Origin: Arsenophonus sp.
GTDB lineage: Bacteria; Pseudomonadota; Gammaproteobacteria; Enterobacterales; Enterobacteriaceae
Length of the DNA stretch: 64,000 nt
NCBI GenBank assembly: GCA_046530735.1
Contig: JBHEQV010000009.1
Coordinates: 10,399-74,398, forward strand
Direction of reading: 5' to 3'
Positions 35,776-49,946 of the stretch are shown here, piece after piece. Made by a program: the position numbers and the translations under genes. Each line of letters starts with the position of its first letter. Position 1 is the stretch's first letter. Under the pieces are notes generated by a model. The model had not been told where the DNA came from, ran no database searches, and saw nothing but the letters and a program-made list of their open reading frames with translations.

Positions 35776-37032
35776 TTAAAATTCTTTTTTCAGCCAACTA
35801 GTGATTTTATGAAACCAACTGCTCACTGATGTACACTTATCCATTTCAGTTTCATTCCCAAGATAGGTCTGTTTTCCATAATGCAGAAGCCCCACAGTTG
35901 TGGAATAATAAGGCTCCTGTGCATAGTCCGTTAACCCAGTTATATTTAATGGTTTACCGATGCGTACTTGAGTATGAAATACTCTTTGGGCACATTCGAC
36001 TAGACCATCAATTTGAGCACCTCCTCCTGTTATGACAATGCCCGCTGCCAGATGATGTTTAATACTTTGTTGACGTAATTGTTCTTGCAATTTTAAAATC
36101 TCGTCATTTACTAAGTTTAGCAACTCTGTATAACGTGGCTCAATAACTTCAGCTAATGTTTGGCGTTGTAAACTTCTTGGTGGCCGACCACCTACACTTG
36201 GTACTTCAACATTTTCGTCTTTACTAACAATAGTACCTAATGCGCATCCATGGCGAACTTTTATTATTTCAGCATCGCTTGGGGGGGTACCAAATGCATA
36301 AGCAATATCATTTGTTACGACATTGCCAGCATAGGGTATAACCTTGATATGGCGAAGTGCACCGCCAGTATAAACGGCTATATCCATAGTTCCACCGCCA
36401 ATATCGACAACACATACCCCCAATTCACACTCATCTTCCGTTAAAACAGAATAACTTGATGCTAAACCGGAAAAAATTAATTGATCTACTTTTAAGCCAC
36501 AGCATTCAACTGCTTTAATAATATTTTTAGCCGTATCATTATGGCAAGTAATCAGATGCACTTTGGCTTGCATACGTACACCTGAAAGTCCTACTGGATT
36601 TTTAATTCCTTCTTGATAATCAATTGCATATTCTTGTGGAATAACATGTAAAATTCTATGTTCATCACGAATCCGAACAGATTTAGCTGTATGGACAACG
36701 CTATCTACATCATCTTGAGTAACTTCATCCTCAGAAATAGGCACCATACCTATTTCATTCTGGCAACTAACATGTTTACCAGAAAGCGCCAGATAAACCG
36801 ATGATATTTGGCAATCTGCCATTAATTCTGCTTGATCAACAGTTCGTTGCACACATTTAATAACAGATTCTAAATCATTTACACCGCCTTTATCCATTCC
36901 TCGCGATAGACAATTGCCAATACCAATAATATTTACCACCCCATCAGGTAGGAGCTCACCAACCAGCGCAGAAACTTTAGAAGTTCCAATTTCAAGACCA
37001 ACTACTAATTTTCTGTCTGTCATTTTAATCAT
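35776..37032 (-). CDS. ftsA: Cell division protein FtsA
   Basis: VVGLEIGT, VDIGGGT and TGGGAQI motifs, C-terminal amphipathic WLKKEF. Confidence 0.98.
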   Translation of the reverse strand: MIKMTDRKLVVGLEIGTSKVSALVGELLPDGVVNIIGIGNCLSRGMDKGGVNDLESVIKCVQRTVDQAELMADCQISSVYLALSGKHVSCQNEIGMVPISEDEVTQDDVDSVVHTAKSVRIRDEHRILHVIPQEYAIDYQEGIKNPVGLSGVRMQAKVHLITCHNDTAKNIIKAVECCGLKVDQLIFSGLASSYSVLTEDECELGVCVVDIGGGTMDIAVYTGGALRHIKVIPYAGNVVTNDIAYAFGTPPSDAEIIKVRHGCALGTIVSKDENVEVPSVGGRPPRSLQRQTLAEVIEPRYTELLNLVNDEILKLQEQLRQQSIKHHLAAGIVITGGGAQIDGLVECAQRVFHTQVRIGKPLNITGLTDYAQEPYYSTTVGLLHYGKQTYLGNETEMDKCTSVSSWFHKITSWLKKEF

Positions 37033-37081
37033 TATTATTTGCCTGTATCTATTCAGTCAATAGTCTCAAAACTACTTTAAT

Positions 37082-37888
37082 TCAATGTGTAATAGATTTG
37101 TCTAAAAGTGGTAACCAACCTACCGCAGCACCGCTAGCATATCGTAAATCTATGTATCCAATACGTTTATCTGTAATTTGTTTTAAAAGTGGATAAATCT
37201 CAACAAAACGGTTTAATCGTTTTTTAATATCCTGTTTACCTATATTTAATCGAATATCATTATTTAAAACTAATTGCCATGCACGTCGTGAACTCATTGA
37301 TACTGACTTAATGTTAAAATTATAGGACGCTAACTGCTGTTGTATAGCACGATACATTTCTAATATTTCTTGCTGACTACCTTGTGGACCATATAACTTC
37401 AAAAAATTACTTTTAACATTTAGTAATGCTGGTAAGCTAAAAACAATGCCTTCTGCATTAATAAAAGAGATATCATTCCATTTAGCATAAGGTTTGTATT
37501 CCACTAAATGAATTTTTAGTTCATCCGGCCATTGTTTACGTACCATAACTTTCCTTATCCATGGCATTGTTTTTATTTCATCCTGGATCGCATTTATGTT
37601 TATAGTCATAAACGTAGCCGGCATACCTAGTGTCAATATTGCTTTTCTAATATTATCATCACGGGTATAATGGCGTTCTCCAGTGATCACTAGTTTGGAT
37701 ATAGGAAATCTATTAACATTTTTCATCCAATTTAACACCATCCACACACTCCATATAATGGTACACAATACTATCAAAAAGAAGACAATACCTGCCAAAT
37801 AAGAACCATTACTTCGGCCTGCATCGTTTTGATGCTCTTTATGCTCTTTATTATGAACGTTCAGTGATGCCTGCGGCATATTTTGCAC
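37082..37888 (-). CDS. ftsQ: Cell division protein FtsQ
   Basis: TM segment plus POTRA domain ([15 protein letters not shown]), [14 protein letters not shown]. Confidence 0.95.
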   Translation of the reverse strand: MQNMPQASLNVHNKEHKEHQNDAGRSNGSYLAGIVFFLIVLCTIIWSVWMVLNWMKNVNRFPISKLVITGERHYTRDDNIRKAILTLGMPATFMTININAIQDEIKTMPWIRKVMVRKQWPDELKIHLVEYKPYAKWNDISFINAEGIVFSLPALLNVKSNFLKLYGPQGSQQEILEMYRAIQQQLASYNFNIKSVSMSSRRAWQLVLNNDIRLNIGKQDIKKRLNRFVEIYPLLKQITDKRIGYIDLRYASGAAVGWLPLLDKSITH

Positions 37889-38807
37889 ACTCCGCCAATT
37901 CCAAAATCTTTTTAACTAACTGTGAAAAACTTATTCCTGCTTGTTTTGCAGCCATGGGGACCAAACTATGATTAGTCATGCCAGGTGAGGTATTAATTTC
38001 TAATAAATAAAAAATACCATTGTTATCTCTCATTACATCAACGCGTCCCCAACCAGTGCAACCAACCGCTTTATAAGCCGTTAGCGCTAATTGATTCAAT
38101 TGCTCTTCTTCTTCAGTCTTTAATCCACTAGGACAAAAATATTGTGTTTTATTAGAAATATATTTAGCATTATAATCAAAAAAAACACCTCCAGGTTGAA
38201 TACGAATTGATGGCAATACCTGCTCTCCTACAATTGCCACAGTATATTCAGGTCCATTCAGCCATTTCTCAATCAGAGCATTTTTGTCATAATGAAAAGC
38301 AAATTCTAGAGCTGCTCTTAATTCAGTCAAACTGATTACTTTTTTCATACCAACGCTTGAACCTTCAAGACTTGGTTTTACAATAAGCGGTAACTCCAAA
38401 TGAGAAACAAACTCAAAAAGCATTTCATCTGACATCATTGCTAGCTGTTGTTTATTTATAGCTATATAGGATGAAACCGGCAAATCTATCCCCGCCCATA
38501 ACTGCTTGGTACGTAACTTATCCATTGAAAGTGATGAAGCTAAAACACCACTACCGGTATAGGGTAAACTTAAAAATTCTAAAACACCTTGCACCGTACC
38601 ATCTTCACCACCACGTCCATGTAAAGCAATAAAAACTCTATTATAACCAGCTTCTTTTAATTTAATAATAGGAAAATATTTAATATCAACTGGATAGGCA
38701 TCTATTCCAGCATTACATAAGGCATTTACTATCTCCTCACCAGATTGCAGTGACACCTTTCTTTCGGCCGAATTTCCGCCTAAAAGTACGGCAACTTTAT
38801 CAGCCAT
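37851..38807 (-). CDS. ddlB: D-alanine--D-alanine ligase B (ORF track start 38822; likely start MADK at 38807)
   Basis: [14 protein letters not shown] and EINTSPGMT motifs. Confidence 0.96.
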   Translation of the reverse strand: MADKVAVLLGGNSAERKVSLQSGEEIVNALCNAGIDAYPVDIKYFPIIKLKEAGYNRVFIALHGRGGEDGTVQGVLEFLSLPYTGSGVLASSLSMDKLRTKQLWAGIDLPVSSYIAINKQQLAMMSDEMLFEFVSHLELPLIVKPSLEGSSVGMKKVISLTELRAALEFAFHYDKNALIEKWLNGPEYTVAIVGEQVLPSIRIQPGGVFFDYNAKYISNKTQYFCPSGLKTEEEEQLNQLALTAYKAVGCTGWGRVDVMRDNNGIFYLLEINTSPGMTNHSLVPMAAKQAGISFSQLVKKILELAECAKYAAGITERS

Positions 38808-40278
38808 AATACTTTCTCTCATTTGTTAGGATTGGCCGTAAATCTGTGTCAGCCAAATTACGTGCTATTTTGTCGATATTACCAGCTCCCTGTATAAGTA
38901 TTAGGTCGTTATCTTCTATAATTTGTGCTAATGTTTCGCTAATTTGGTTATGCTCAAAGATAAAAATAGGATCTAATTTGCCTCGATTGCGAATTGTTCG
39001 ACATAATGATCGACTATCCGCACCAGAGATAGGTTCTTCTCCTGCCGGATAGACATCTAGCATTAACAATACATCAACCTGCTCTAAAATATTAGCAAAA
39101 TCATCATATAAATCACGTGTACGAGTATATCTGTGTGGTTGAAAAACCATCACGATACGTTTATCTGGCCATCCTTCTTTTGCTGCTTTAATAGTAGCAT
39201 TAACTTCTGTTGGATGGTGACCATAATCATCCACCAACATAACACTACCTTTTTTTCCATTAACATCAGATAAAAGAAAATTACCTAAAAAATCAAAACG
39301 TCGCCCCGTACCTTGAAATTTTTCTAGTGCAGTTAAAATAATACTATCATCAATTCCTTCTTCAGTTGCTACTGCAATAGCTGCAGTTGCATTTAATGCA
39401 TTATGACGCCCAGGTATATTTAAGGTAAAAGCTAAATCAGTTCGGTTTTCTCGTGCTACAGTAAAGAAATCTTGATTGCCGCGTTGTCTATAAGATGTAA
39501 TACGGAGATCTGCGTCATCACTAAAGCCATAAGTGGTAATATAACGTCCTATTTGAGGTAATAGCGAACGCACAACAGGATCATCAATACATAAGACAGC
39601 CCGACCATAAAATGGTAGATTGTGTAAGAAACTAATGAAAGTCTGTTTTAGTTTCTCAAAATCATCATCATAAGTTTTCATGTGATCTGCTTCAATATTT
39701 GTTATAACAGCAACTAGTGGTTGTAAATGCAAAAAAGAAGCATCACTCTCATCAGCTTCTGCAATTAAATAGCGGCTAGTCCCTAAACGTGCATGTACCC
39801 CTGCTGCTTTTACTAATCCGCCATTAATAAAAGTTGGATCTAAACCGGCTTGTGCATAGATGGTAGCAATTATAGCGGTAGTTGTTGTTTTTCCATGAGT
39901 TCCTGCAATAGCAATCCCATAACGAAAACGCATCAATTCCGCTAACATTTCAGCGCGTTGAATAACTGGAATACCAGCTTCGCGTGCAGCAATAATTTCT
40001 AGATTATCAGCAGCTATTGCCGTAGATACAACAACAACACAAGCATTTGCAACATTCTCTGGTTGGTGATTAAAATAAATTTTTGCACCAAGCTCTATTA
40101 ATTGCTCAGTAACTGTATTAGGTAATAAATCAGAACCACTAATTTCATAACCTTCGTTAACCAATACTTCAGCAATACCTCCCATGCCAGCACCAGCAAT
40201 TCCAATAAAATGAATATGCCTAACCCGACGCATTTCAGGCACTGTTGCTCTTAATTTGGCTAATTCTTGTCTATTCAC
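38800..40278 (-). CDS. murC: UDP-N-acetylmuramate--L-alanine ligase (likely GTG start at 40278; ORF track extends to 40326)
   Basis: [28 protein letters not shown] and DDYGHHPTE motifs. Confidence 0.97.
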   Translation of the reverse strand: MNRQELAKLRATVPEMRRVRHIHFIGIAGAGMGGIAEVLVNEGYEISGSDLLPNTVTEQLIELGAKIYFNHQPENVANACVVVVSTAIAADNLEIIAAREAGIPVIQRAEMLAELMRFRYGIAIAGTHGKTTTTAIIATIYAQAGLDPTFINGGLVKAAGVHARLGTSRYLIAEADESDASFLHLQPLVAVITNIEADHMKTYDDDFEKLKQTFISFLHNLPFYGRAVLCIDDPVVRSLLPQIGRYITTYGFSDDADLRITSYRQRGNQDFFTVARENRTDLAFTLNIPGRHNALNATAAIAVATEEGIDDSIILTALEKFQGTGRRFDFLGNFLLSDVNGKKGSVMLVDDYGHHPTEVNATIKAAKEGWPDKRIVMVFQPHRYTRTRDLYDDFANILEQVDVLLMLDVYPAGEEPISGADSRSLCRTIRNRGKLDPIFIFEHNQISETLAQIIEDNDLILIQGAGNIDKIARNLADTDLRPILTNERKYYG

Positions 40279-40334
40279 TTTACTTTTCACTATTTCTATC
40301 GATGATTTCAACATTTTTAAATACAAAATTGGTT

Positions 40335-41402
40335 TTATTTAGCAACTTCAATTAATGTTACAGCTACGCGTTTAGTTGCGTCTGTAATCGATATCGCTCG
40401 CGCTTTTTTTGCCATATCCAATAACTGTGGCCGCGACCATTGTCTTAATAGATTTACCAACGTGTTCGTTGAAAATTGCGGTTGCTCAATAATTTTCGCT
40501 GCTCCAGCCTTTTCTAATGGTAACGCATTCCAATACTGTTGCCGATCTTTATGCTGGAATGGAATAAAAATTGCTGGTAAGCCTGCAGCAGCAACTTCAC
40601 TAACCGTTAAAGCACCTGCGCGACAAACAATGATATCAGCCCAGGCATAAGCCTTAGCTATATCATCAATAAATTCAGTTACTTTATAAATATCTGATTT
40701 ACCACATAACTTTTTATATAAAGTTTCTGTCATTTGCTGAGCACCTTTGCCTGCTTGATGCCAAATGATCACTTTCCCATCTAATTTAGCCGCAACTTCG
40801 GGTAATATTCGATTTAAAATTCTTGCCCCTTGACTACCACCTATAACCAAAATTCGAATAGCACCATCACGATTAATTAAGCGTTCTTCAGGTTCAGGTA
40901 AAGCTAATACTGCTTCACGAACTGGGTTTCCGACTACCGTAGCATTAGAGAAGGCACTTGGAAATGCTTGTAAAACACGCTTGGCAATTTTAGCCAACCA
41001 ACGATTGGTTAATCCTGGTATCCCATTTTGTTCATGCAATACAATTGGAATATTAGATAACCATGCAGCAATACCGCCAGGGCCAGAAACATATCCTCCC
41101 ATACCTAATACAACATCAGGTTTATAACGCTGCATAATTATTTTCGCCTGCTTTATTGCTTTAATAACTTTAAACGGTGCTAACAGTACTGCTTTGATAC
41201 CTTTACCACGTAAACCTGAAATTTTTATAAATTCAATTTCAATGCCATGCTTAGGAACTAAATCTGCCTCCATTCGATCAGCGGTTCCTAACCAAAGAAC
41301 ATCCCAGCCTTGTAGCTTTAGATAATTAGCTACTGCTAGTCCTGGAAAAACATGCCCTCCAGTGCCGCCTGCCATCACTAGTAGGCGTTTTGGTTGGCTC
41401 AT
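40335..41402 (-). CDS. murG: Lipid II GlcNAc transferase MurG
   Basis: [19 protein letters not shown] and [10 protein letters not shown] motifs. Confidence 0.98.
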   Translation of the reverse strand: MSQPKRLLVMAGGTGGHVFPGLAVANYLKLQGWDVLWLGTADRMEADLVPKHGIEIEFIKISGLRGKGIKAVLLAPFKVIKAIKQAKIIMQRYKPDVVLGMGGYVSGPGGIAAWLSNIPIVLHEQNGIPGLTNRWLAKIAKRVLQAFPSAFSNATVVGNPVREAVLALPEPEERLINRDGAIRILVIGGSQGARILNRILPEVAAKLDGKVIIWHQAGKGAQQMTETLYKKLCGKSDIYKVTEFIDDIAKAYAWADIIVCRAGALTVSEVAAAGLPAIFIPFQHKDRQQYWNALPLEKAGAAKIIEQPQFSTNTLVNLLRQWSRPQLLDMAKKARAISITDATKRVAVTLIEVAK

Positions 41403-42589
41403 TTCGTTCTCCTTATAAATGCTTGCGCTCTCTTAAGGCGTGTTTCAAAATCGATACGTAATAAGATAGCTATAGCAATAAACATAATTAATAGGCTAGA
41501 ACCACCATAGCTAATTAACGGTAGTGTCAACCCTTTAGTTGGTAACATTCCTGCTGCTGCGCCAACATGAACTAACGCTTGGAAAGTGAAGCAGATACCG
41601 ATTGAGCAAGCTAAATAACCAGAGAAATGTTGTTTTGCATCTAACGCCCGTTTGCCAATCATCATGCTGCGAAAAGCAACGAAAAATAACATTAAAAGCA
41701 CTAATAGAACACCGATATAACCTAGTTCTTCCGCTAAAACTGAGAAAATAAAATCAGTATGTGCTTCAGGCAAATATTCTAATTTTTGAATAGAGTTACC
41801 TAAACCTTGACCCCATAGTTCACCTCGTCCAAACGCCATTAAAGATTGTGTTAATTGATAGCCACTGGCAAAAGGATCTGCCCATGGATTGATAAAAGAG
41901 GTTATTCGACGTAAACGATAAGGCTTTAAATAGATCGAGCCAATAACACCTATCACACAAATAACAATACTGATAATAAACGGTGCTAATCTAGCACCTG
42001 AAAGGAATAGCAATGCTAAAGTTGTCACAACCAATACAATTACTGTACCTAAATCAGGCTGTAATAGCAGCAGAATAGCCATTAATATTAAAATGCACAT
42101 CAGTTTAATAAAGCCTAAAAATCGTGTTCGTACCTCATCAGTTTTTCTAACTAAATAACTGGATACATAGCAAAATAGGGCTAATTTTGCGATTTCAGCT
42201 GGCTGTATACGAACAATACCGATATTAATCCAACGAGAGGCACCATTAACTGAGCTACCGGCAACCAATACCACTAATAACAGTATTAAAGCAGTTATTA
42301 ATAATAAAAAATTATATTTTTCCCATCGCACCATTGGAATATTTAAGACTAATAAAGACAAACAAAATGATAAAACCAGATAGACAACATCACGTTTAGC
42401 AAAGAAAAAAGGATCTTGTGTTAAACGCTGCCCAAGCGGCATTGAAGCTGATGTCACCATAATAAAACCAATTATAGCCAAACATAATGTAAGCCAAACT
42501 AAGGTACGATCATAAAGGATTTTATCCAGAATATCATTATTAGGTTCACCGTCAGCCCAACTTGTTAGTCGTTTTAAGTTAAACATCAT
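41399..42589 (-). CDS. ftsW: SEDS peptidoglycan polymerase FtsW
   Basis: [24 protein letters not shown] and [10 protein letters not shown] motifs. Confidence 0.97.
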   Translation of the reverse strand: MMFNLKRLTSWADGEPNNDILDKILYDRTLVWLTLCLAIIGFIMVTSASMPLGQRLTQDPFFFAKRDVVYLVLSFCLSLLVLNIPMVRWEKYNFLLLITALILLLVVLVAGSSVNGASRWINIGIVRIQPAEIAKLALFCYVSSYLVRKTDEVRTRFLGFIKLMCILILMAILLLLQPDLGTVIVLVVTTLALLFLSGARLAPFIISIVICVIGVIGSIYLKPYRLRRITSFINPWADPFASGYQLTQSLMAFGRGELWGQGLGNSIQKLEYLPEAHTDFIFSVLAEELGYIGVLLVLLMLFFVAFRSMMIGKRALDAKQHFSGYLACSIGICFTFQALVHVGAAAGMLPTKGLTLPLISYGGSSLLIMFIAIAILLRIDFETRLKRAQAFIRRTK

Positions 42590-43899
42590 TATTGACCTAA
42601 CTCCTTCGCTAATTGGCTAAATCTATCACCCCGTTCTTCAAAATTATGAAATTGATCGAAGCTAGCGCAAGCTGGTGAGAGAAGCACAATATCACCAGCT
42701 TTCAATTCTGGTGCAATGGCACGTAGACATTGTTCCATTGTATCTAGTAGCAAACTATTTTGTTTTAACTGTACTAATTGATAACCATCATAGCCAAAAC
42801 AGTATAATTTAATATTTTTTGCTGAAATATATGGTTTTAACGGTGAAAAATCTGCTGATTTTCCATATCCACCCAATAATAAATAAAGCGTCCCCTCTAC
42901 TTGTAAATTTTTTAAAGCCTCTTTTGTGCTGGCAACATTAGTTGATTTAGAATCATTAATCCATTGAATATCTTGATGCTGATGAACTAATTGGCAACGA
43001 TGAGGTAAACCTGCATATTGAGTTAATGCTTCTAAACTAGCCTTACGTGGAATATTAACTGCATCTGCTAAAGCTATGGCAGTCATTCCATTAAGATGAT
43101 TATGCTGTCCAATTAGCCTTATTTTAGCAGTATTGATAATCGGCTGCCCTTTTATTTGGAGTTCTTGGAAACGAGTATTTAATTGATAATCGCCGCTATT
43201 AATACCAAAACTGATACAACGGGCATCACGGCCAAATAAAGGCCAGGTTCGTGGATCTTGTTCATTAATAATACAAACTTTAGCGTCAGTATAAATTTGT
43301 AACTTAGCTGCACGGTACTGTTCAACGCCTTTCGGATATCGATCTATATGATCTTCTGTCAGATTCAATATGGTTGCTGCCGCAGCCTTTAAACTTGATG
43401 TTGTTTCAAGCTGAAAACTAGAAAGCTCTAATACATACAAGTCATAATTTTTTACTAATAATGTCAACGCTGACGTTCCTATATTGCCACCAACTGCCAC
43501 TTTCCAATTAGCTGCTTTTGCCATTTCACCAACTAATACTGTAACTGTGCTCTTACCATTAGAGCCGGTGATAGCAACTATTGGTTTAGTTGTTTCACGA
43601 CAAAAAAGTTCAATATCACCAATAATTTCAATACCTTTATCTGCGGCTATTTTTAATTCTCGGGTAGTAAGTGAAATCCCTGGGCTTACGACGATCAAAT
43701 CAGCTGCCATCAACCATTCACTATTCCAACTACCGCAGTGACATGTTACTTCCACAGGCAATTTATCCTTACCTGGCGGTGTTATTCGGGTATCAATTAC
43801 ACGTGGCACAACCTGGCGAGATAGAAAGAAGTCGACACAGGATAAACCTGTCTGACCTAATCCGATAATAACAACTTTTTTACCATGATAATTAGCCAT
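42589..43899 (-). CDS. murD: UDP-MurNAc-L-Ala--D-glutamate ligase (likely start MANY at 43899)
   Basis: [23 protein letters not shown] and LSPACAS motifs. Confidence 0.97.
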   Translation of the reverse strand: MANYHGKKVVIIGLGQTGLSCVDFFLSRQVVPRVIDTRITPPGKDKLPVEVTCHCGSWNSEWLMAADLIVVSPGISLTTRELKIAADKGIEIIGDIELFCRETTKPIVAITGSNGKSTVTVLVGEMAKAANWKVAVGGNIGTSALTLLVKNYDLYVLELSSFQLETTSSLKAAAATILNLTEDHIDRYPKGVEQYRAAKLQIYTDAKVCIINEQDPRTWPLFGRDARCISFGINSGDYQLNTRFQELQIKGQPIINTAKIRLIGQHNHLNGMTAIALADAVNIPRKASLEALTQYAGLPHRCQLVHQHQDIQWINDSKSTNVASTKEALKNLQVEGTLYLLLGGYGKSADFSPLKPYISAKNIKLYCFGYDGYQLVQLKQNSLLLDTMEQCLRAIAPELKAGDIVLLSPACASFDQFHNFEERGDRFSQLAKELGQ

Positions 43900-43901
43900 T
43901 A

Positions 43902-44984
43902 TTAACGTATCTTTAATGTTAGCAATCCAATCAATACTAACATTAATGAGATGATCCAAAAACGCACAATAACTCGAGGTTCAGGCCACCCTTTTAATTC
44001 ATAATGATGATGGATCGGCGCCATACGAAAAATACGTTGACCGCGTAGTTTAAATGATCCCACTTGTAAAATTACCGATAAGGCTTCAATAACAAACACG
44101 CCACCCATAATCAACAGCAAAAATTCCTGACGTAGTAAAACCGCAATCGTTCCCAATGCGCCGCCTAATGCCAATGAGCCAACATCACCCATGAAAACTT
44201 GCGCAGGATAAGTGTTAAACCATAAAAACCCCAACCCGGCACCTACAATTGCCGTACAAACTACAACTAATTCACCTGCATTGTTGATATAAGGAATTTT
44301 TAAATAGTTAGCAAAATTGAAATTACCCGTTGCCCAAGCCACTAATGCAAAACCTGCTGAAATAAAAACAGTTGGCATAATCGCTAAGCCATCTAATCCA
44401 TCAGTTAAATTAACTGCATTACTTGTGCCAACAATGACAAAATAAATCAGTAAAATATAAAACAAACCAAGTTGTGGCATGACATCTTTAAAAAATGGTA
44501 CAACTAATTGAGTAACTGCCGTACCTTTACCTGTATTATATAAAGAAAATCCTATTCCTAAAGCCAAGATAGATTGCCAGAAATATTTCCAACGAGCGAT
44601 CAACCCTCTAGAGTTTTTACGTACTACTTTATGATAATCATCAATAAAGCCAATAAGGCCATATCCCAACAAAACAGCTAATACATACCAAACATAGGGA
44701 TTATTTAACCGCGTCCATAGTATGACTGAAATCACAATAGAAGATAAGATCAATACACCTCCCATGGTAGGTGTGCCACGTTTGCTAAAATGCGATTCGG
44801 GACCTTCATTACGTACAATTTGACCTATTTGTAATTTTTGCAAATAGGAAATCAAATGAGGTCCAATCCATAGCGCAATCATCAAAGCCGTTAATAAACT
44901 GGTAATAGCCCGAAATGTCAAATAGGAAAAAAGATTAAAGCCAGAAAAATATTTAACTAAATATTTAGCTAACCAAACTAGCAT
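43902..44984 (-). CDS. mraY: Phospho-MurNAc-pentapeptide transferase (likely start MLVWLA at 44984)
   Basis: [25 protein letters not shown] and APIHHHYE motifs. Confidence 0.98.
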   Translation of the reverse strand: MLVWLAKYLVKYFSGFNLFSYLTFRAITSLLTALMIALWIGPHLISYLQKLQIGQIVRNEGPESHFSKRGTPTMGGVLILSSIVISVILWTRLNNPYVWYVLAVLLGYGLIGFIDDYHKVVRKNSRGLIARWKYFWQSILALGIGFSLYNTGKGTAVTQLVVPFFKDVMPQLGLFYILLIYFVIVGTSNAVNLTDGLDGLAIMPTVFISAGFALVAWATGNFNFANYLKIPYINNAGELVVVCTAIVGAGLGFLWFNTYPAQVFMGDVGSLALGGALGTIAVLLRQEFLLLIMGGVFVIEALSVILQVGSFKLRGQRIFRMAPIHHHYELKGWPEPRVIVRFWIISLMLVLIGLLTLKIR

Positions 44985-46360
44985 AAAAAGCACTCCTGTA
45001 TGGCATGTACAACTTTTTCCATTCCACTACTACGCGAACCTTTAACTAAAATTGATACAGTTTCGTGTTCTCTTGTTAATGAGATCAGTTTCGGAATTAA
45101 CTCTTTTTTAGAAGCAAAATGCTCCCCGCAACTACTCTCTTGACTAATAATGATACTTTGTTGACCAACAGTTAACACTTTGTCAAGTTTCATTTTGTGA
45201 ATCGCTACGCCTACTTCTTGATGATATTTTTTAGTTTTCTTGCCTAATTCATTCATATCACTAACAACTAAAATACGGTATCCAGGCATTTGAGATAAAA
45301 TAGCAGCTGCAGCAATCATGGAGCTGGTATTGGCATTGTATGTATCATCTAAAATAAGTTTACCTGGCGCTAAATAGATTGGGTATAAACGACCCGACAT
45401 AGGCTGAACAGATGCCAATCCAACCCTAATATGCTCAAGCGTTGCACCAACAGATATTGCTAAAGCAGTAGCTGCTAATGCATTAGCAATATTATGTTTA
45501 CCGGGTAATGGTAATACTATTGAGACAACACCAATTGGTGTATGCAATTCAAATTCGTTAACTATTGATTTTGTAATAATATTTACTGGATAAAAATCAG
45601 CCTGTTTCTGTTTCGTTATAGAAAAACGCCAAATAGTTTGTTCTTCCTTAAAATAATGTTGCCAGTTTTTCCAATCATGGCTAGTCAAATTAATAACCGC
45701 CGTTCCTTTTTCCGCTAATCCCTGAAAAATTTCGCCCTTTGCCTTAGCAACTCCCGCTAATGAACTAAAACCTTCAAGATGAGCAGCAAATAAATTATTA
45801 ACTAATACACTATCTGATTTAACTAAATCAGTGATATATGCGATTTCACCTATATGATTAGCTCCCATTTCAATCACTGCATATTGGTGTTCTTCCGTTA
45901 ACCTAAATAATGTTAACGGAACACCAATATCATTATTAAAATTACCTGCAGTAAAAAGTGTTGTGCCACATTGAGATAGAATAGCAGCCACCATCTCTTT
46001 AACCGAGGTTTTACCAGAAGAGCCAGTTAACCCTATAACCTTAGCTTTGCTTTGTGATCGAACCCAAGCAGCTAATTTTCCCATAGCTAAACGCGCATCT
46101 TTAACGATAACTTGGGGACAGTAAATAGTTAATGGCCGATCAACTAATAATGCCGTAGCACCAGCTGTAGCAGCCTCTTTAGCAAAATGATGACCATCAA
46201 AATTCTCACCCTTTAAAGCAATAAATAAACCATTAACTGGTTTCTGACGGCTATTAGTTGTTATTACATTAAGCCATAAACTTTCTGCCTGTTGATTATT
46301 TATGTTCTGCAGAGCACCTTGTGTCACAGTAGCTAATTGCTTCAATGAAATAGGGATCAT
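44978..46360 (-). CDS. murF: UDP-MurNAc-tripeptide--D-Ala-D-Ala ligase
   Basis: [28 protein letters not shown] and LVKGSRS motifs. Confidence 0.97.
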   Translation of the reverse strand: MIPISLKQLATVTQGALQNINNQQAESLWLNVITTNSRQKPVNGLFIALKGENFDGHHFAKEAATAGATALLVDRPLTIYCPQVIVKDARLAMGKLAAWVRSQSKAKVIGLTGSSGKTSVKEMVAAILSQCGTTLFTAGNFNNDIGVPLTLFRLTEEHQYAVIEMGANHIGEIAYITDLVKSDSVLVNNLFAAHLEGFSSLAGVAKAKGEIFQGLAEKGTAVINLTSHDWKNWQHYFKEEQTIWRFSITKQKQADFYPVNIITKSIVNEFELHTPIGVVSIVLPLPGKHNIANALAATALAISVGATLEHIRVGLASVQPMSGRLYPIYLAPGKLILDDTYNANTSSMIAAAAILSQMPGYRILVVSDMNELGKKTKKYHQEVGVAIHKMKLDKVLTVGQQSIIISQESSCGEHFASKKELIPKLISLTREHETVSILVKGSRSSGMEKVVHAIQECFLC

Positions 46361-47844
46361 ACCATCACCCCTAATAGCTGAGCTACCGTAAAGCGATCGG
46401 AATAATCGAGCCTACGATCACCAATAATTTGATAATTTTCGTGACCTTTACCGGCAATTAATATGACATCATCAGTATTTGCCTGCATAATCACAGTAGT
46501 GATCGCTTTTACTCGTCCTATAATAGGTATTGCCCGACCAGCGTCAAGAAAACCGCTCAAAATATCATCAATGATAGCTTTTGGCTCTTCACTACGTGGA
46601 TTATCATCAGTTACTACCACAATATCAGCATACTGTTCAGCTACACTCCCCATCAATGCACGTTTACCCTTATCTCGATCACCACCACAACCAAATACAC
46701 ACCAAAGTTTGCTACGACAATGGAGACGAAGTGAAATTAATACTTTTTCGAGTGAATCAGGAGTATGAGCATAATCAACAACAACGGTTGGTCGTCCTAA
46801 AGAGGTGAAGACTTCCATTCGTCCACAAACTGGTTGTAAGGCATGCGATGATTCTATTACCATATCAAATGGGTAACCTATCATTAAAAGTGTTGCCATG
46901 GCTAGCATGACATTATTAATATTAAAAACCCCAATTAATGGGCTTTCTAGCGAACTTCTCCCCCAGGTTGAATTAAAATAAATGGTCGCCCCACAATAAT
47001 GATAATTAACTTGCTCTACTAATACCCAAGCACCTTGCCAATTAATAGGTATACATTTTTTCATTGAAACTGCACATGCCTGTGGCAATCTTTTAAGCCA
47101 CTGCAAACCCGTATCATCATCCACATTAATAATCTGTTTATCAGATTTATGAGTTGAAAATAATAACCATTTTGCAGCTGCATAATTTTCCATATCACCA
47201 TGATAATCAAGGTGATCACGACTTAAATTAGTAAATACAGCAGCAGCAAAAGGAATGGCGGAAACCCGACCTTGCACTAAACCATGGGAGGAAACTTCCA
47301 TAACCACTAAAGTAGCATGTTTGTCAACTAACAACTTCAATTCAGCCTGAATATTAACCGCAGAGCCAGTGGTATTTTCGCTAGGTATAATTTGTCCTAA
47401 TATTCCATTACCCACTGTGCCCATTATGGCAGTAACTTCGCCAATTCCTTTCAGCCAGTGAGCAATTAGCTGAGTAGTGGTTGTTTTACCATTTGTTCCT
47501 GTTACACCAATTAATTTTAACTTTTCAGCTGGATGTTGATAAAATTTTCCTGCTAACAATGATAATTGATTATTCAGATCGTTAATATAAATGATAGGAA
47601 CGCCATGCATATATCTAATCGTTCCATCTTCAGTTTCACTTTGTGCTTCAGCAATAATTGCGGAGACACCTTGTGCTATCGCTTGAGAAATATATTGTCG
47701 TCCATCTATTTTATGACCCTTAACTGCTAAAAATAGGTCTCCTGTCGCTACCTTACGGCTATCAAGTATTATTTCTCGTAACACCTTATTTGGTGCATTA
47801 ATACCAAATGGTGTAAGTAAATCGTGTAAATTACGATCTTCCAC
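46357..47844 (-). CDS. murE: UDP-MurNAc-dipeptide--meso-DAP ligase
   Basis: [23 protein letters not shown] and DNPR (DAP specificity) motifs. Confidence 0.97.
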   Translation of the reverse strand: MEDRNLHDLLTPFGINAPNKVLREIILDSRKVATGDLFLAVKGHKIDGRQYISQAIAQGVSAIIAEAQSETEDGTIRYMHGVPIIYINDLNNQLSLLAGKFYQHPAEKLKLIGVTGTNGKTTTTQLIAHWLKGIGEVTAIMGTVGNGILGQIIPSENTTGSAVNIQAELKLLVDKHATLVVMEVSSHGLVQGRVSAIPFAAAVFTNLSRDHLDYHGDMENYAAAKWLLFSTHKSDKQIINVDDDTGLQWLKRLPQACAVSMKKCIPINWQGAWVLVEQVNYHYCGATIYFNSTWGRSSLESPLIGVFNINNVMLAMATLLMIGYPFDMVIESSHALQPVCGRMEVFTSLGRPTVVVDYAHTPDSLEKVLISLRLHCRSKLWCVFGCGGDRDKGKRALMGSVAEQYADIVVVTDDNPRSEEPKAIIDDILSGFLDAGRAIPIIGRVKAITTVIMQANTDDVILIAGKGHENYQIIGDRRLDYSDRFTVAQLLGVMV

Positions 47845-49600
47845 CTGTATCCTCTTTTATCTTGTTAATTACTAATTCATTCTCATTTGAGATCAATGCA
47901 TCAGGCTCTATATTCATTAAACGTAAAACGCCCCCAATAATGGATCTAAATACGGGTGCAGAAACAGCACCACCGTAATATTTTCCCGCAGTAGGCGTAT
48001 TGATAATCACAACCAGAGCATAGCGAGGATTGCTTGCCGGAGCTCCTCCTGCCGTATAAGCAATATATTCATTAATATAATGACCATTATTGCCCACTTT
48101 TTTTACTGTACCTGTCTTAATTGCTATTCGATAACCCTTGACTGTAGCACGAACACTACCAGCACTAGGTAATGCAACACTTTCCATCATACGAACTACT
48201 GTGCGCATAATCTCTTCAGGGAAAATACGAATACCTGATACCGGCGGATTAACTTTTATGATTGATAGTGGACGATAAATACCAAAACTAACAATTGTTG
48301 CATAAACTCTCGCTAACTGTAATGGTGTCACCATTAGCCCATAACCAAAAGAAAAAGTGGCCCTTTCAAACTCAGACCACCGCATTTTTTTATCAGGAAA
48401 TATTCCACTACTTTCTCCAATTAATCCCAAATTTGTTGCTTTACCCAAACCAAAACGAGCATAAACATTTATCAGTTCATCTGCAGGCATCGCTAATGCT
48501 AACTTTGAAACACCAACATTACTTGATTTTTGTAAAATACCAGTAATGGATAACTTACTATATCTTGCTACATCTTTAATTTCATGACCATTAATCATAT
48601 AGGGTTGAGTATTTAATACACTATTGGCTTTGATAATTCCATTATTCAATGCACTAACAATTACCATCGGTTTAACTGTTGAACCAGGTTCAAATACATC
48701 GGTAATCGCACGATTTCGCATAATTTTAGTTGGAGTACCAGCAATATTATTCGGGTTATAGGATGGACTATTAACCATTGCTAATACTTCACCCGTGTGA
48801 ACATCAACTAAAATAGCAGTGCCCGATTCAGCTTTATTTTTCATTACACTGCGTGTTAATTCACGATAAACCAATGACTGTATGCGTTCGTCTATACTTA
48901 ATACCAAATCGTGAGCAACCTGCCTATCAGTGGAGAAAACATCTTCAATAACCTGCCCATAACGATCTTTACGCACTATCCTTTTTCCTGGTGCTCCAGT
49001 TAACAGATAGTTAAAGCTTTTTTCAATTCCTTCAATTCCCTGGCCATCAATATCTGTCACTCCAATCAAATGAGCAGATACTGGACCAGATGGATAATAA
49101 CGACGCGACTCTTTACGTAAATAAATACCCGCTATTTTTAATTTGCTAATATATTCACCAACAGATGGATTTACTTGGCGAGCTAAATAGACAAACTGAT
49201 TGTTAGGATTGATACTAATTTTATGATTCACTTGTTTAAGTGGTATTCTTAATTCATTTGCTAATGCTTGCCAACGTTCATTATTGGTTAATCCACCATT
49301 TTTATAAATTATTTTCGGATCAGCCCAAATAGCATAAACTGGAACACTTACTGCTAACTGACGCCCCTCACGATCACTTATCATTCCGCGAGCGGTTGTC
49401 ACTTTTTGAACGCGAAGCGAACGCATATCACCTTCTCTAACAAGCTTTTCTGAGTTAATAACTTGCAGATAAGTAACACGAATAATGAGACCAATTAATG
49501 CCAATCCTATACCTGTACATAACAGCAAGAAACGCCAGCTAACATAGCTAACTTTTTTTTCGTACCGTCTTCTATATTTTCCTGAGTGTACAGGATTCAT
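47831..49600 (-). CDS. ftsI: PBP3 transpeptidase FtsI
   Basis: EPGSTVK (SxxK), KSSNVG (SxN) and KTGT intact. Confidence 0.98.
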   Translation of the reverse strand: MNPVHSGKYRRRYEKKVSYVSWRFLLLCTGIGLALIGLIIRVTYLQVINSEKLVREGDMRSLRVQKVTTARGMISDREGRQLAVSVPVYAIWADPKIIYKNGGLTNNERWQALANELRIPLKQVNHKISINPNNQFVYLARQVNPSVGEYISKLKIAGIYLRKESRRYYPSGPVSAHLIGVTDIDGQGIEGIEKSFNYLLTGAPGKRIVRKDRYGQVIEDVFSTDRQVAHDLVLSIDERIQSLVYRELTRSVMKNKAESGTAILVDVHTGEVLAMVNSPSYNPNNIAGTPTKIMRNRAITDVFEPGSTVKPMVIVSALNNGIIKANSVLNTQPYMINGHEIKDVARYSKLSITGILQKSSNVGVSKLALAMPADELINVYARFGLGKATNLGLIGESSGIFPDKKMRWSEFERATFSFGYGLMVTPLQLARVYATIVSFGIYRPLSIIKVNPPVSGIRIFPEEIMRTVVRMMESVALPSAGSVRATVKGYRIAIKTGTVKKVGNNGHYINEYIAYTAGGAPASNPRYALVVIINTPTAGKYYGGAVSAPVFRSIIGGVLRLMNIEPDALISNENELVINKIKEDTGGRS

Positions 49601-49622
49601 GTTATTTACCTATTTACTAAAA

Positions 49623-49946
49623 CTACTTTGCAATCACAATATGTTCTTGCGTTGGATCTATATGGATCATTTGTAGCCTTTCTATCGAAAGGCGTTCAAC
49701 TCGACTATAATTTCCTAATGAGCTTTCTTCCAAAATTAAATTGCGCCATTCTATATCTAAAGATTCCTTTTCTTCTATCATTAAATCCTTTTGTATTGTT
49801 AATAACCGTGTTTGATGACTGATGGTGATAATTGAAATCGCTGATATAATAATCATTATCAACAGAATTAATGGAACAGTTCCGTAGCGGAAAATATCAT
49901 AACCAATGATCCTAATTAAGCTATATTTTTCCGCAGTCATTATCAT
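49623..49946 (-). CDS. ftsL: Cell division protein FtsL
   Basis: TM segment plus [12 protein letters not shown] and SRVE. Between rsmH and ftsI. Confidence 0.95.
   Translation of the reverse strand: MIMTAEKYSLIRIIGYDIFRYGTVPLILLIMIIISAISIITISHQTRLLTIQKDLMIEEKESLDIEWRNLILEESSLGNYSRVERLSIERLQMIHIDPTQEHIVIAK

Noticed and set aside
38800-44993. Apparent N-terminal extensions on murC, murD, mraY and ddlB
   Set aside because: Upstream in-frame starts inside neighbouring genes or spacers; orthologue-like starts lie a few codons downstream.
34075-48546. Many + strand ORFs (60-158 aa) antisense to lpxC, ftsZ, ftsA, mur and ftsI genes
   Set aside because: They lie wholly within conserved genes on the other strand and have no recognisable motifs; expected shadow ORFs.
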